From assembly GCA_038065315.1 (NCBI GenBank), contig JBBTRF010000001.1:33642-97641 (forward strand): a stretch of DNA of 64,000 bases, written 5' to 3'. The number at the start of each line of letters is the position of its first letter. The stretch's first letter is position 1. A program made the translations under genes and the position numbers. This DNA is from Patescibacteria group bacterium. Its GTDB lineage: Bacteria > Patescibacteriota > Minisyncoccia > Phycocordibacterales > JBBTRF01. Under the pieces are notes generated by a model that was not told where the DNA came from, searched no databases, and saw only the letters and a list, made by a program, of their open reading frames with translations. Positions 1 to 9,732 of the stretch are shown here, one piece after another.

Positions 1-19
1 AAATGATATGATGTTGGGT

Positions 20-2308
20 ATGCTGAAAGGTCTGGAGATTGCGGGGTTCAAGTCGTTCGCGAAGAAGAGCGACTTGCATTTTAATACGCCGATCACGGCG
101 ATCGTAGGGCCGAATGGGTCGGGCAAGTCCAACGTGGCCGAGGCGTTTCGTTTTGTGCTGGGCGAGCAGTCGATAAAGTCGCTACGCGGGAAGCGCGGCG
201 AGGACCTCATTTTCAATGGTTCCAACAAGGCGTCAAAGCTGAATCGCGGCTCAGTGAAGGTAGTGTTCGACAATACTCGCCGCGCGATGAATCTCGACTT
301 CGACGAGGTGACCATTGAGCGCGTGGTGCACCGCGACTCTTCGAACGAATATTTCATCAACGGTTCGCTCGTGCGTCTCCGCGACGTCATCGAGCTTCTC
401 GCCACTGCACATGTAGGCGCCACCGGGCATCACATCATTTCTCAAGGCGAGGCGGATCGCGTGCTCAACACCAACATGTTTGAGCGACGCGAGATGATCG
501 AGGATGCGCTTGGTCTCAAAATATATCAATACAAGAAGCAGGAGTCGCTCCGCAAGTTGGAGAAGACCGAAGAGAATATCAAATCGGTGGAGTCTTTGCG
601 CCGAGAGATCGCGCCGCATCTGAAATTTTTGCGCAAGCAGGTGGAGAAGCTCGAGAAAGCGCGTGAGATGAAGTTGTCATTGGTGCAATTGTACAAGGAA
701 TATTTCAAGCGCGAGGAATCGTATGTGAAGCACCAGAAGGAGTTGTTGGAGAAGGAGCGGCACGCGCCGTTGGCGGAGATGAAGACGCTTGAAGCTGAAT
801 TGGCGCATGCCAAGAAGACCCTCGAAGCTTCACAGAAAGAAAGTGGCCGCAGTGGCGAACTGTTGGATGTGGAGGCGAAGCTGAAAGGCGAACGCGCACA
901 GCGTGAGGTGTTGAATCGCGAGCTCGGCCGATTGGAAGGCGAGATCGCCGGCGTCGAGCGCGCTATCCGCCGCATTGACCAGGCTTCGGCCGTGGAGGAA
1001 AACAAGACGGTATATCTGCGCGATGTGCGCACGCTCGTGCAGAGTATCGAGACCGAAATTGCTCAGGTGAATGAGGGAAATTTCCGTGCGGTGTTGGCGA
1101 AGATCCGCGAAGTGTTTGCAGGCTTCATTTCCAGCAATCGTGGCGATGTGGGTGAATCACAGAAGGAGGAATTGCAGAAAGAGCTTGCACGATTGCGTAT
1201 GGAAAAGTCCGATGTCGAGAAGCGCGCCGCGGCGGCGCGCGATGCCGAGCATGCCCTGAACGATGAATATCTCCGCCTGAAGAGCGAGATCGAAAAAGAA
1301 AAAGAAGGTGGCCTTGAGGCTGAGAAGACCATCTTGAAGATCATGGCTCGACAGAGTGAGCTCAATGGCAAATTGTCGAGTCTCCGTGCAGTGGAGGAGC
1401 GTGTACTCATCGAGGCTGAAGACTTGAAGCGGGAAATGGGCGAGGCTGGTATGTTGGTGGGCCGCGCTGCAATCGATTACGCCGCGCTGCTCTCGACTAC
1501 GGAAGAGATCGCGGCCGCGCTTGGCGAGGTTCGTACCATGCAGGTGGAGCGCCGCCGGGCCATCGAAAAGATCAAGATTCGCCTGGAGGAATCCGGCGGT
1601 GCGGGTGGCGACGAAGTGATGAAAGAATTTCGCGAGTCCGAGGAGCGCGACGCTTTCCTAGCTCGCGAGATCGAAGACCTGCACAAGTCTGCGGCTTCGC
1701 TCACGACACTCATCAAAGAGCTGGATGAAAAACTCAACAGCGAATTCCGCACTGGTATCGACAAGATCAATACGCAATTCCAAAATTTCTTTGCGCTCAT
1801 GTTTGGCGGCGGCACTGCTTCGCTTGCACTCGTGAAAGAGGAGAAGAAAAAGCGCCGCTCCGCGCTCAGCTTGCTCACAGGCGACGATGGCGGGGACGAA
1901 ATGTCTGAATCTGAAATGGGTGCGACCGAAGATGGCGAACCGGAAAAGCTGAAAGAGGGAATTGAGATCCAGGTGAGCCTACCGCACAAAAAGACCAAAG
2001 GCCTCATGATGCTCTCCGGCGGGGAACGAGCGCTCACTTCGATCGCGCTCCTCTTCGCGATGTCTCAGGTCAACCCGCCGCCATTTATCATCCTCGACGA
2101 AACCGACGCCGCACTCGACGAAGCCAACTCCCGCAAGTACGGAGACATGATCGAAAATCTTTCAAAATATTCTCAGCTCATCCTCATCACTCACAATCGT
2201 GAGACCATGTCCCGCGCCGGCGTCGTGTACGGCGTCACTATGGGCAGCGACGGTATTTCTAAGCTCCTCTCTATTGCCTTTGAAGAAGCGGTGAAGGTGG
2301 CGAAGTAA
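20..2308 (+). CDS. smc: SMC-family chromosome segregation ATPase (short form, no recognisable hinge)
   Basis: GFKSF N-terminus, Walker A GPNGSGKSN, coiled coil, signature LSGGE, Walker B IILDETDAALD, ITH motif. ATG20 chosen because TATGAT lies 7 nt upstream; the ORF track starts at 8. Confidence 0.9.
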   Translation: MLKGLEIAGFKSFAKKSDLHFNTPITAIVGPNGSGKSNVAEAFRFVLGEQSIKSLRGKRGEDLIFNGSNKASKLNRGSVKVVFDNTRRAMNLDFDEVTIERVVHRDSSNEYFINGSLVRLRDVIELLATAHVGATGHHIISQGEADRVLNTNMFERREMIEDALGLKIYQYKKQESLRKLEKTEENIKSVESLRREIAPHLKFLRKQVEKLEKAREMKLSLVQLYKEYFKREESYVKHQKELLEKERHAPLAEMKTLEAELAHAKKTLEASQKESGRSGELLDVEAKLKGERAQREVLNRELGRLEGEIAGVERAIRRIDQASAVEENKTVYLRDVRTLVQSIETEIAQVNEGNFRAVLAKIREVFAGFISSNRGDVGESQKEELQKELARLRMEKSDVEKRAAAARDAEHALNDEYLRLKSEIEKEKEGGLEAEKTILKIMARQSELNGKLSSLRAVEERVLIEAEDLKREMGEAGMLVGRAAIDYAALLSTTEEIAAALGEVRTMQVERRRAIEKIKIRLEESGGAGGDEVMKEFRESEERDAFLAREIEDLHKSAASLTTLIKELDEKLNSEFRTGIDKINTQFQNFFALMFGGGTASLALVKEEKKKRRSALSLLTGDDGGDEMSESEMGATEDGEPEKLKEGIEIQVSLPHKKTKGLMMLSGGERALTSIALLFAMSQVNPPPFIILDETDAALDEANSRKYGDMIENLSKYSQLILITHNRETMSRAGVVYGVTMGSDGISKLLSIAFEEAVKVAK

Positions 2309-2324
2309 TTGAGATTAGAAAAGG

Positions 2325-4322
2325 CTACTTCACAATCACGTAGTCAAGCGCCTTCCGCTCCATATCAGCAGCAATGATCTTGAACTTCACGATATCGCCG
2401 AGAGTGTACATCTTCTTGGTCTTGTCGCCAACGAGCCGGTAGTTTTTCTTGTCCAACGAATAGAAGTCGTCGCCGAGGTCGCGGATTTTGGCCATGCCTT
2501 CGCATTTGGTCGTATTTTCCTCGATATAGATACCCCATTCAGTGACACCGGTGATTGTGCCATCAAACGTCTGGCCAACCTTGTCTTGCATGTATTCCAC
2601 CTGCTTGTATTTGATCGAAGAACGCTCAGCTTCTGCTGCGATCACTTCGCGTTCACTAGACTTTGCTGCGGCACGCTCGTAGGTGGCGATCTCGTGTTCA
2701 GGGATCATGTGTCCATCGAGATAATGCTGAAGCACGCGATGCACCAACACGTCCGGGTATCGACGGATCGGCGAGGTGAAATGCGCATAGTGTTTAAAGG
2801 CGAGACCGAAATGTCCAATATTCTGGGTCGAGTAGATTGCCTTCGCCATTGAGCGGATGGTGGCGGTACGAATGAGTGACTCGTGCGGCGTACCGGTCAC
2901 GGAATTGAGCATTTTCTTGATCGCCTTGGAAGTGATCCGGCCATCATGCGACTCGAGCTCGTAGCCGAGTGCCTTGATAAATTCCGCAAGATCGGCAAGC
3001 TTTTCCGGATCTGGCAGGTCGTGGATGCGGTACAAAAGAGTAGGGCGCTTGGTTTCTTTTTTGCTGTCGATAGTGTGTACAAAAAGCGCGACCTCGCGAT
3101 TGGCAAGCAACATGAATTCCTCGACGAGCTTGTGTGCATCAAAACGCTTTTTTAGAATGACGCGGAGTGGTTTGCCGGTGCCCGGCTCGAGCTCGAATTT
3201 CACTTCGTCTTTTTCAAAATCAATTGAGCCGTCCGCAAAGCGCTGGGCGTTGAGCTTCTTCGCGATGCCGTTGAGGGTCGTGAGTTCTTTTGCGTACTGA
3301 TCGCCTGGACCCTTCTCTCCCACTATCACCGTCTGAGCACTCTCGTAGGTGTATCGATGATTTGAATTGATCACAGTGCGGCCGAACCAGCGCTCCTGCA
3401 CTTTGCCGGTGGCGTTCATCACAAATATCGATGAAAAGGCTGCCTTGTCTTCGTGTGCATTCAAACTACAGAGATCGTTCGACAGCACTTCGGGGAGCAT
3501 TGGAATAGTGCGGTCCACCATGTATACAGAACAAGCACGCTTCGTGGCCTCTTTGTCGAGTGCGCTACCAGGTCGGACATAGTGCGAGACGTCGGCGATG
3601 TGTACACCGATCTCAAAGAGTTCTTCGCCGTTTTGCGCAGCAACTTTTTTGAAAGAGATGGCGTCGTCGAAGTCCTTCGCATCGTGCGGGTCGATGGTGA
3701 AGGTGAGGGTATCACACATGTCGCGGCGCTTGGCAATTTCGGCCGGCGGGATCGGCTTCTGCGTGCGCTCAATCTCGTCTGCCTCGGCCTCGACTTCTTT
3801 CGGAAACACAGTGTCAAAACCTTTTTCCAGCACGATCGAATACATTTCGGCGTCGTTGTTGCCTTTCTTGCCGATGACGCTCAACGCCACGGCCTGCGGA
3901 TTTTTACCCTCAGTCCATTCAGTCATTTCCACCATCACTTTCATGTCTGCTGCGAGGTCTTTCAAGGCGACGTTTTTTGTGCCGGATTTTCCTTCCACAA
4001 TTTCAAAATCTCGATACATGCGCCGATCGTCTGGGATCAAAAAATGTTTGCCCTTTTCGATTTCCACCACGCCAACAAAACGAGTCTTCGCTCGCTGAAC
4101 AATCTTTGTGACTTCACCTTGTGGGCGAGGGGAGCGCGGGTCTTTCGCTGCAGACTTCACTTCCACCTCATCGCCGTGCATGGCGGTGTGGAGGCGGTCT
4201 GGCTGGATTTCGATATCGTCGGCGTCTTCGGGTGCACCCTCGACCGAGAGATATCCGACGCCCTTCGAGCTGACAGAGACGGTGCCGCGATAGAGGTCGG
4301 CAGGAGTTGTTGAAGATTTCAT
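2325..4322 (-). CDS. rnr: Ribonuclease R (RNB domain plus S1)
   Basis: TIDPHDAKDFDDA, HIADVSHYV, HFTSPIRRYPD motifs and a C-terminal S1 domain. Start moved to ATG 4322. Confidence 0.93.
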   Translation of the reverse strand: MKSSTTPADLYRGTVSVSSKGVGYLSVEGAPEDADDIEIQPDRLHTAMHGDEVEVKSAAKDPRSPRPQGEVTKIVQRAKTRFVGVVEIEKGKHFLIPDDRRMYRDFEIVEGKSGTKNVALKDLAADMKVMVEMTEWTEGKNPQAVALSVIGKKGNNDAEMYSIVLEKGFDTVFPKEVEAEADEIERTQKPIPPAEIAKRRDMCDTLTFTIDPHDAKDFDDAISFKKVAAQNGEELFEIGVHIADVSHYVRPGSALDKEATKRACSVYMVDRTIPMLPEVLSNDLCSLNAHEDKAAFSSIFVMNATGKVQERWFGRTVINSNHRYTYESAQTVIVGEKGPGDQYAKELTTLNGIAKKLNAQRFADGSIDFEKDEVKFELEPGTGKPLRVILKKRFDAHKLVEEFMLLANREVALFVHTIDSKKETKRPTLLYRIHDLPDPEKLADLAEFIKALGYELESHDGRITSKAIKKMLNSVTGTPHESLIRTATIRSMAKAIYSTQNIGHFGLAFKHYAHFTSPIRRYPDVLVHRVLQHYLDGHMIPEHEIATYERAAAKSSEREVIAAEAERSSIKYKQVEYMQDKVGQTFDGTITGVTEWGIYIEENTTKCEGMAKIRDLGDDFYSLDKKNYRLVGDKTKKMYTLGDIVKFKIIAADMERKALDYVIVK

Positions 4323-4483
4323 AGAGGAATGTTCAATGAATATAGCAGAAAAAATAGAGATTGGCCACTTTGCGCTGGTCTCCAGGAGTTTGACATTCCG
4401 CCTCGAAAGTGGCATTTTTAGGTCAGCACAGTTCTCCACAACCCACGTTTTGGAGACCAACCCTCAACCCCCATACGAAGAAT

Positions 4484-6040
4484 ATGCTACTCACAGCTGA
4501 AAGCCTCTCGTCGGCCAAACGGCCGACGCCGGTGGGAAGCATGATTTGCCTCCCGCCACCGCACCAGTTTCTGATGCGTGGTATGCGTGCATTGCCGGAC
4601 GCCTGCAGTTCAGAATGGTTTGCTGAAGTCACTGCCCACGCCCAACTGAAAGGCGACCGTTCACCCGATGTTTTGTTCGGTGGACTCCTCAGTCATTATG
4701 GCCACATCCACGGCCAACATCACCGCGAACCGGCTTGGGTGAGAAAGATTCCGCCAACGGTGGTCCAAGAGATCCGCCGTCGGCACGCCATTAACGGTTC
4801 GGAAGAGACCGTCATCGAGCACTCTGGTGCTGGTGGCGTCCGCTTCTGCGTTCCCCACGGATCTTTGTTCGCCGCATCCGAAGAAGTCTTTGATTTCAGA
4901 CGCCTCGGCGGTATTGCCCAGCTCTCGACTCTGCGTGTCCCGGTCTCGAGCATCCCGTCTCCCAGTGCCCAGGCTCAGCCGATGCGCAAGCGCTTCTCGC
5001 ACACCCGAGTCGCACACTGCCGGCGCGTGGCAGGCTTCATGACGCTCATGGCGTCCAACCTTCTCCATGAGCAGGTTGCTCCGGCGACGGTTTCTGCTGT
5101 CGGCCACGACACTCTGACCGCTGCTGGTGGCGACATGACGCACGCTCTGGATCGTGAAGCATTCGACGAGGATCTGCACTTCGCGAGACTTCTCCAAAGG
5201 CCCGATTTCCAGATATTCCTCAAATGTTGGAATCTTCCCGGCGAGCTCATTGTCTCGACGGTGGCCGGACAGGGTGTGCTTGGCGACATGAACGATGCTG
5301 CCGACAAGCTCGGTTACGTCGGGCTCGATGCCGATCACTACCTAGCTGCGGTGAGAGAAAACTTGCCGCTCTGGTATCCGGATGGCTTCCTGGCTATCGA
5401 GGGGATGATCATTAAACATCCTGAGGTCTGCCGGATTTGGGAGTCTGCCCGGATTCGCGAGGGTCAGTTGGTCTTCGAAGATTCGGCTGGTCTCGCGGCC
5501 TTCCTCCGCCTCCGCATGCTCTTGTTCCGCTGGTTGTATTGCAACCCGATCTGCCTGGCCTGGGAACACGCTCTCGCTGAGTCGTTTCTTCGCCCGATGT
5601 ATGTTTCGGGTTTCGTCACCAGGGAACAACTGTGGTCGCACGACGACCGCTGGCTGTCACTCCAGTTTGATGAATTCCTCGAACGTCGTCCGCGCTTCCG
5701 TCCGGGCCTGCTCGAGGATCTCGAGCCGTTTCCGTTCGGCATCACCTTCGAACAGTATTCGACGCTGGAGGCTGCCCTCATCAGAGCGAGGGCCTTCAAC
5801 GACGATTCGTCCAAGACAGTGGTGGTGGACAAAATGACTCCGGTCACCAAGACCGGTGCGAACCGTTTCCGGGTCGTCGAGGGTGGCAAAGTGAAGAAAT
5901 TCTCCGAAGCCTTCACTCGGCAGACTGCAGAGCTCGAAGCTTTACTCCGTGGGGACCAAGTGGTCTCCGTCGCGATCCTCGACCTGCCAGAGCTTGGCAT
6001 CCCCCCGCGCGTGTGGCCGAAGGTGAAGCTCCGCCATTGA
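4484..6040 (+). CDS. Divergent HD-domain phosphohydrolase (dGTPase/SAMHD1-like HD superfamily)
   Basis: FRRLGGIAQL, HTRVAH, GHD and DAADKLGY resemble the family motifs RL.RI.QL, HTRF.H, LHDIGH and D.DRLDY. Followed by a terminator. Start uncertain. Confidence 0.55.
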   Translation: MLLTAESLSSAKRPTPVGSMICLPPPHQFLMRGMRALPDACSSEWFAEVTAHAQLKGDRSPDVLFGGLLSHYGHIHGQHHREPAWVRKIPPTVVQEIRRRHAINGSEETVIEHSGAGGVRFCVPHGSLFAASEEVFDFRRLGGIAQLSTLRVPVSSIPSPSAQAQPMRKRFSHTRVAHCRRVAGFMTLMASNLLHEQVAPATVSAVGHDTLTAAGGDMTHALDREAFDEDLHFARLLQRPDFQIFLKCWNLPGELIVSTVAGQGVLGDMNDAADKLGYVGLDADHYLAAVRENLPLWYPDGFLAIEGMIIKHPEVCRIWESARIREGQLVFEDSAGLAAFLRLRMLLFRWLYCNPICLAWEHALAESFLRPMYVSGFVTREQLWSHDDRWLSLQFDEFLERRPRFRPGLLEDLEPFPFGITFEQYSTLEAALIRARAFNDDSSKTVVVDKMTPVTKTGANRFRVVEGGKVKKFSEAFTRQTAELEALLRGDQVVSVAILDLPELGIPPRVWPKVKLRH

Positions 6041-6051
6041 GTCAATTACAC

Positions 6052-6087
6052 AAGGCGCTGGGAAATCCCCGGCGCCTTTTTCTTTTC
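6052..6087 (+). terminator. Intrinsic terminator after the HD gene
   Basis: AAGGCGCTGGG...CCCCGGCGCCTT stem followed by a T-tract. Confidence 0.65.
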
Positions 6088-6144
6088 ACTGTGCCGCCGC
6101 GGCCGTATTTGACCATTCTGTGGACTTCTGTTAGAATGGCCGAC

Positions 6145-6543
6145 ATGCTAAAAATACGAATGCAGCGCGTGGGACGAGTCAACAATCCATCATTCCGATT
6201 CGTCGTCACCGATTCTCAGAATGCCACCCGCAGCGGCAAGTTTTTGGAAGTGCTTGGTTCTTTCGACTACCGAAAGGGCGGCGCCGACACCATTGATGCA
6301 GAGCGCGTAAAGCACTGGATCTCAAAGGGCGCGCAGGTCACTGACAATGTGCACAACTACCTCATCGGCAAAAAGATCCTCACCGGCAAGAAGAAGAACG
6401 TCAACCCGGTCAAAGTCGTGAAGAAGGAAGAGCCGAAGGCAGAGGCGAAGGCTGCCCCGGCAGCCGCAGTAAAGGAGGCGCCAGCAGCAGCCGCGGCTCC
6501 AGTTGAGACAGCTGCTCCTGTAGCAGAAGCTCCAAAGGCGTAA
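6145..6543 (+). CDS. rpsP: 30S ribosomal protein S16 with Ala/Pro/Lys-rich tail
   Basis: MLKIRMQRVGR...GKFLEVLGSFD...HWISKGAQVTD. Promoter TTGACC-17-TAGAAT directly upstream. Confidence 0.95.
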   Translation: MLKIRMQRVGRVNNPSFRFVVTDSQNATRSGKFLEVLGSFDYRKGGADTIDAERVKHWISKGAQVTDNVHNYLIGKKILTGKKKNVNPVKVVKKEEPKAEAKAAPAAAVKEAPAAAAAPVETAAPVAEAPKA

Positions 6544-6630
6544 TAGAGCCGTTTTCTCGTACACAGGTGCGTTTGACGCATCTTTTTGTGCATACTACAA
6601 TAGAAGTCGTTACTCCTAACATTCCGAACT

Positions 6631-6945
6631 ATGCAAGTAGAACATGATGCGCAATTTCTCGAGTATTCGATCAAGGCGCTGGTAGACAATCCGAACGATG
6701 TAAAGATAGTGCGAACCGTAGACGAAATGGGTGTTCTCCTGACTCTCACCGTAAACCCAGCGGATATGGGCAAGATTATCGGCCGCATGGGCAACACCGC
6801 AAAGGCGATTCGTACTTTGTTGCGAGTCGTCGGTATGAAGAATAACGCCCGCGTAAATTTGAAGATCAACGAACCGGAAGGTGGCATGCGCTCCGAGCGA
6901 CCATCGAAGACCGTCGATGAGGCAATGGCGGATTTGAAGATTTAA
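6631..6945 (+). CDS. khpA: KH-domain RNA-binding protein (KhpA/UPF0109)
   Basis: LVDNPNDV...DMGKIIGRMGNTAKAIRTLL; canonical position between rpsP and trmD. Confidence 0.9.
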   Translation: MQVEHDAQFLEYSIKALVDNPNDVKIVRTVDEMGVLLTLTVNPADMGKIIGRMGNTAKAIRTLLRVVGMKNNARVNLKINEPEGGMRSERPSKTVDEAMADLKI

Positions 6946-6976
6946 GTTGCGAACGCGCGAAAAAGACAGGAAATGA

Positions 6977-7012
6977 GAAAACAAAAACCGCCGAAGGGGT
7001 GGTTTTTGTTTT
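6977..7012 (+). terminator. Intrinsic (likely bidirectional) terminator
   Basis: AAAACAAAAACCGCC-GAAG-GGGTGGTTTTTGTTTTT. Confidence 0.7.
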
Positions 7013-7051
7013 TGTCCAAAGAATGTCCGAGGGAGAGGGGCGCCGCGACGT

Positions 7052-7113
7052 TTTTGAGTACCTGCGGATTTCTCATACTTTCCTCATACTTTCGTATGAC
7101 AAATCCGCACCTA
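7052..7113. repeat. Dispersed palindromic element, copy 1
   Basis: TGCGGATTTCTCATAC...GTATGACAAATCCGCA; 58/62 identical to the reverse complement of 62721-62782 by manual alignment. Confidence 0.85.
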
Positions 7114-7217
7114 CCCGAAATCATTAGCAAGCCCACCTCGAGTCCTTGCCATACTTGTTTTCTGCAGAAAAATGTGTTTTAATCAATCCTCACTGAGGAA
7201 CATCCTCAAGAAACGTC

Positions 7218-7925
7218 ATGACCACGAAAACCTCTGTCACATTCCACATCGTTACTCTCTTCCCGCAGGCTTTCGACTCGTATCTCGCCGAGTCGATTTT
7301 GAAGCGTGCGATTGAAGACAAAAAGATCGTGGTGAAATTCTACAATCCGCGTGATTTCGCCGTGCAACCAAAGAATCGCAAGCAGACCTACGCCGAACGC
7401 CGCGTGGACGACAAGCCATATGGCGGCGGACCGGGTATGGTGATCGAGGCGTTGCCGGTGATCAAGGCGATCGATAAAGCTATTGGACGAAAGATGAAGG
7501 GGGCGACAAAGCCTGCCTTCATTTGGCTCACTCCGTCTGGTGCTCAATTCACTACGGAGGTCGCTCATGATATTTCAGTCACTGCTAGAGACATCGTCAT
7601 CGTCTGTGGCCGTTACGAAGGCATCGATGCTCGCGTGCAGGAAGTATTTCCGTTTCAGGAAATCTCTGTCGGACCATTTGTACTCACCGGTGGGGAATTG
7701 CCAGCAATGATTCTCATTGACTGTATCGCACGCCAGGTGCCCGGCGTGCTCGGCAACTTTGACTCGCGCGAAGAAGCCCGCAACGCTAGCCCAGACGTGT
7801 ACACCCGACCGGAAGTTTTTACTTACAAAAAGAAAAAGTATCAAGTGCCGCCGGTATTGCTTTCGGGCCATCAGGCGAAGATCGAGGAGTGGAAGAAAGC
7901 GCAGCTTGCCAAGCGCCGGGCTTAG
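7218..7925 (+). CDS. trmD: tRNA (guanine-N1)-methyltransferase
   Basis: VTLFP, VDDKPYGGGPGMV, CGRYEGIDARV, VLTGGELPA, YTRP, VLLSGH. Confidence 0.96.
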   Translation: MTTKTSVTFHIVTLFPQAFDSYLAESILKRAIEDKKIVVKFYNPRDFAVQPKNRKQTYAERRVDDKPYGGGPGMVIEALPVIKAIDKAIGRKMKGATKPAFIWLTPSGAQFTTEVAHDISVTARDIVIVCGRYEGIDARVQEVFPFQEISVGPFVLTGGELPAMILIDCIARQVPGVLGNFDSREEARNASPDVYTRPEVFTYKKKKYQVPPVLLSGHQAKIEEWKKAQLAKRRA

Positions 7926-7943
7926 TATGATATACTTTTCGGC

Positions 7944-8597
7944 ATGGAAAACCGAAATACAAACACCAATGTTGCGATTGCGGTCGCTCTCGTGGCAGTC
8001 CTCATCGCTTATTTGACTCTTGCGCCAAACAAGGCACCGACCGTGCCGACGCCTATTACTCAAAACACTCAAGCCACTTCAACCGTAACCACCAACACTA
8101 TGCCAACTTCAGCGACCACTCCGACTTCAGCAAAAACCGTCACTATCGAAACCAACAAGGGCACCATTGTCTTTGAGATGTTTCCTTCGGACGCGCCAAA
8201 GACTGTCGAGAATTTTGCGACACTCGCACAGAAGGGCTTTTATGATGGCGTCATCTTCCACCGAGTCATCGACGGTTTCATGATCCAGGGCGGCGATCCG
8301 ACTGGCACTGGTATGGGTGGTCCGGGTTACCAATTTGCAGACGAGCTCAATCCAAGCACCCCTTCATACAAACTCGGCTATCAGAAGGGTATGGTGGCGA
8401 TGGCAAACGCCGGTCCAAACACGAACGGCAGTCAGTTCTTCATCATGCTCAAGGACACTCAGCTCCCTCACAGCTACACTATCTTCGGCCGCGTGATCTC
8501 CGGACAGGATGTTGTCGATGCTATTGGCAAGGTTCAAGTAGGCGCCAATGACAAGCCTGTCGACGCGGTGGTGATGAGGAAGGTGACGGTTAAATAA
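7944..8597 (+). CDS. Cyclophilin-type peptidyl-prolyl isomerase with N-terminal membrane anchor
   Basis: APKTVENF, FHRVIDGFMIQGGDPTGTG, MANAGPNTNGSQFFI; hydrophobic N-terminus and Thr-rich linker. Confidence 0.93.
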   Translation: MENRNTNTNVAIAVALVAVLIAYLTLAPNKAPTVPTPITQNTQATSTVTTNTMPTSATTPTSAKTVTIETNKGTIVFEMFPSDAPKTVENFATLAQKGFYDGVIFHRVIDGFMIQGGDPTGTGMGGPGYQFADELNPSTPSYKLGYQKGMVAMANAGPNTNGSQFFIMLKDTQLPHSYTIFGRVISGQDVVDAIGKVQVGANDKPVDAVVMRKVTVK

Positions 8598-8602
8598 CCG
8601 CC

Positions 8603-9550
8603 ATGGAAACTGCTCCTCAGCAGCCGGCGGTTCTCGATGAGGAGAAAAGCGCTTTTGAGCGAGTCGATTTGAAACAGGTTGCCGTATCAATCAATGAATA
8701 TTTTCCGAATATTAAAACGGAAAATATTGTACCGCTCGGCGAGGGTACCCACAGCTGGACGTTTTTGGTGAACGATGAATACGTATTTCGCTTTGCTCAG
8801 ACACCGGTGGCAGCAGAAAATTTAAAGAGGGAAATGGTAATGCTCCCTATTCTGAAGGAATATGTCACGTTGCCAATACCCGATTTTGAATATGTAGCAC
8901 TCGATATGAAAGGTCTCGGATTCTCCGGATATAAATGTATTCAAGGAGGAGGTTTTTCGCGTCGAGTCATTGCGTCGCTGACTTCAGAAGAGCTGGCCGG
9001 TGTCCAGGCGGATTTGAAAGAATTTTTTGACGAGGTTCATTCCATCCCAATCGAACTTGCGTTGGAAGCCGGGGTGCGAGATGTTGATAGCCGAAAAAGG
9101 GTAGAGAGAGTGAGGAAAAAGGCTCTGCCTGCAATAGCTGATTTATTTACTCAGGACGAAGTTCGTTATTTTGAGAAAGTAGTAGACGATTTTCTTGCTG
9201 ATGAAAGAAACTTCATCTACGAGAAGACCTTTCTTCATGGGGACGTGAATCGTTCCAATCTGCGTTTTGATGAAACAAAAAGAAGGGTATCGGGTGTTAT
9301 CGATTGGGGAGAAATGCAAATCGGTGATCCGCTTTTCGATTTGGTGAGGCCCTATTTTTGGCTCGGTAAGGAATTTGTTGAGCCGATGCTGGCACATCTA
9401 CCCGATGAGGAGTACCATTTTTCCGTAGCAAAGATACATAAAATGGCGGTTTTTCTCAGTCTAGGCGCGATTCACTACATGAAAGATACGTATGGCAAGG
9501 AAGCGGCCATTAAGAGAGTTGAGATTTTGAGAAAGATGAGTAATCTGTAA
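8603..9550 (+). CDS. Aminoglycoside phosphotransferase/choline kinase family protein
   Basis: LGEG, YVFRF, Brenner motif HGDVNRSNL, GVIDWGE...GDPLFDL. Confidence 0.8.
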   Translation: METAPQQPAVLDEEKSAFERVDLKQVAVSINEYFPNIKTENIVPLGEGTHSWTFLVNDEYVFRFAQTPVAAENLKREMVMLPILKEYVTLPIPDFEYVALDMKGLGFSGYKCIQGGGFSRRVIASLTSEELAGVQADLKEFFDEVHSIPIELALEAGVRDVDSRKRVERVRKKALPAIADLFTQDEVRYFEKVVDDFLADERNFIYEKTFLHGDVNRSNLRFDETKRRVSGVIDWGEMQIGDPLFDLVRPYFWLGKEFVEPMLAHLPDEEYHFSVAKIHKMAVFLSLGAIHYMKDTYGKEAAIKRVEILRKMSNL

Positions 9551-9732
9551 GAGTTAAATACCAAAGAGAGAGGGTTTATTCATGAAATTGCAATCTTTTC
9601 GTAAAGTGCTATAATACTGATGTAACTATGAAAAAGACCCTTGTGCAGGTACGCCTGCATCGGGGGCTTTTTCTTTTAGGCATAAAATATTTTATAAATA
9701 CCCCAACAAATTGATTGTGCTAAAATAGGCAT

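Noticed and set aside
6942-7136. Short ORFs sharing CGFVIRKYE.SM.NP.VLK (also 62692-62988)
   Set aside because: The similarity is only the translated DNA palindrome and does not extend beyond it.
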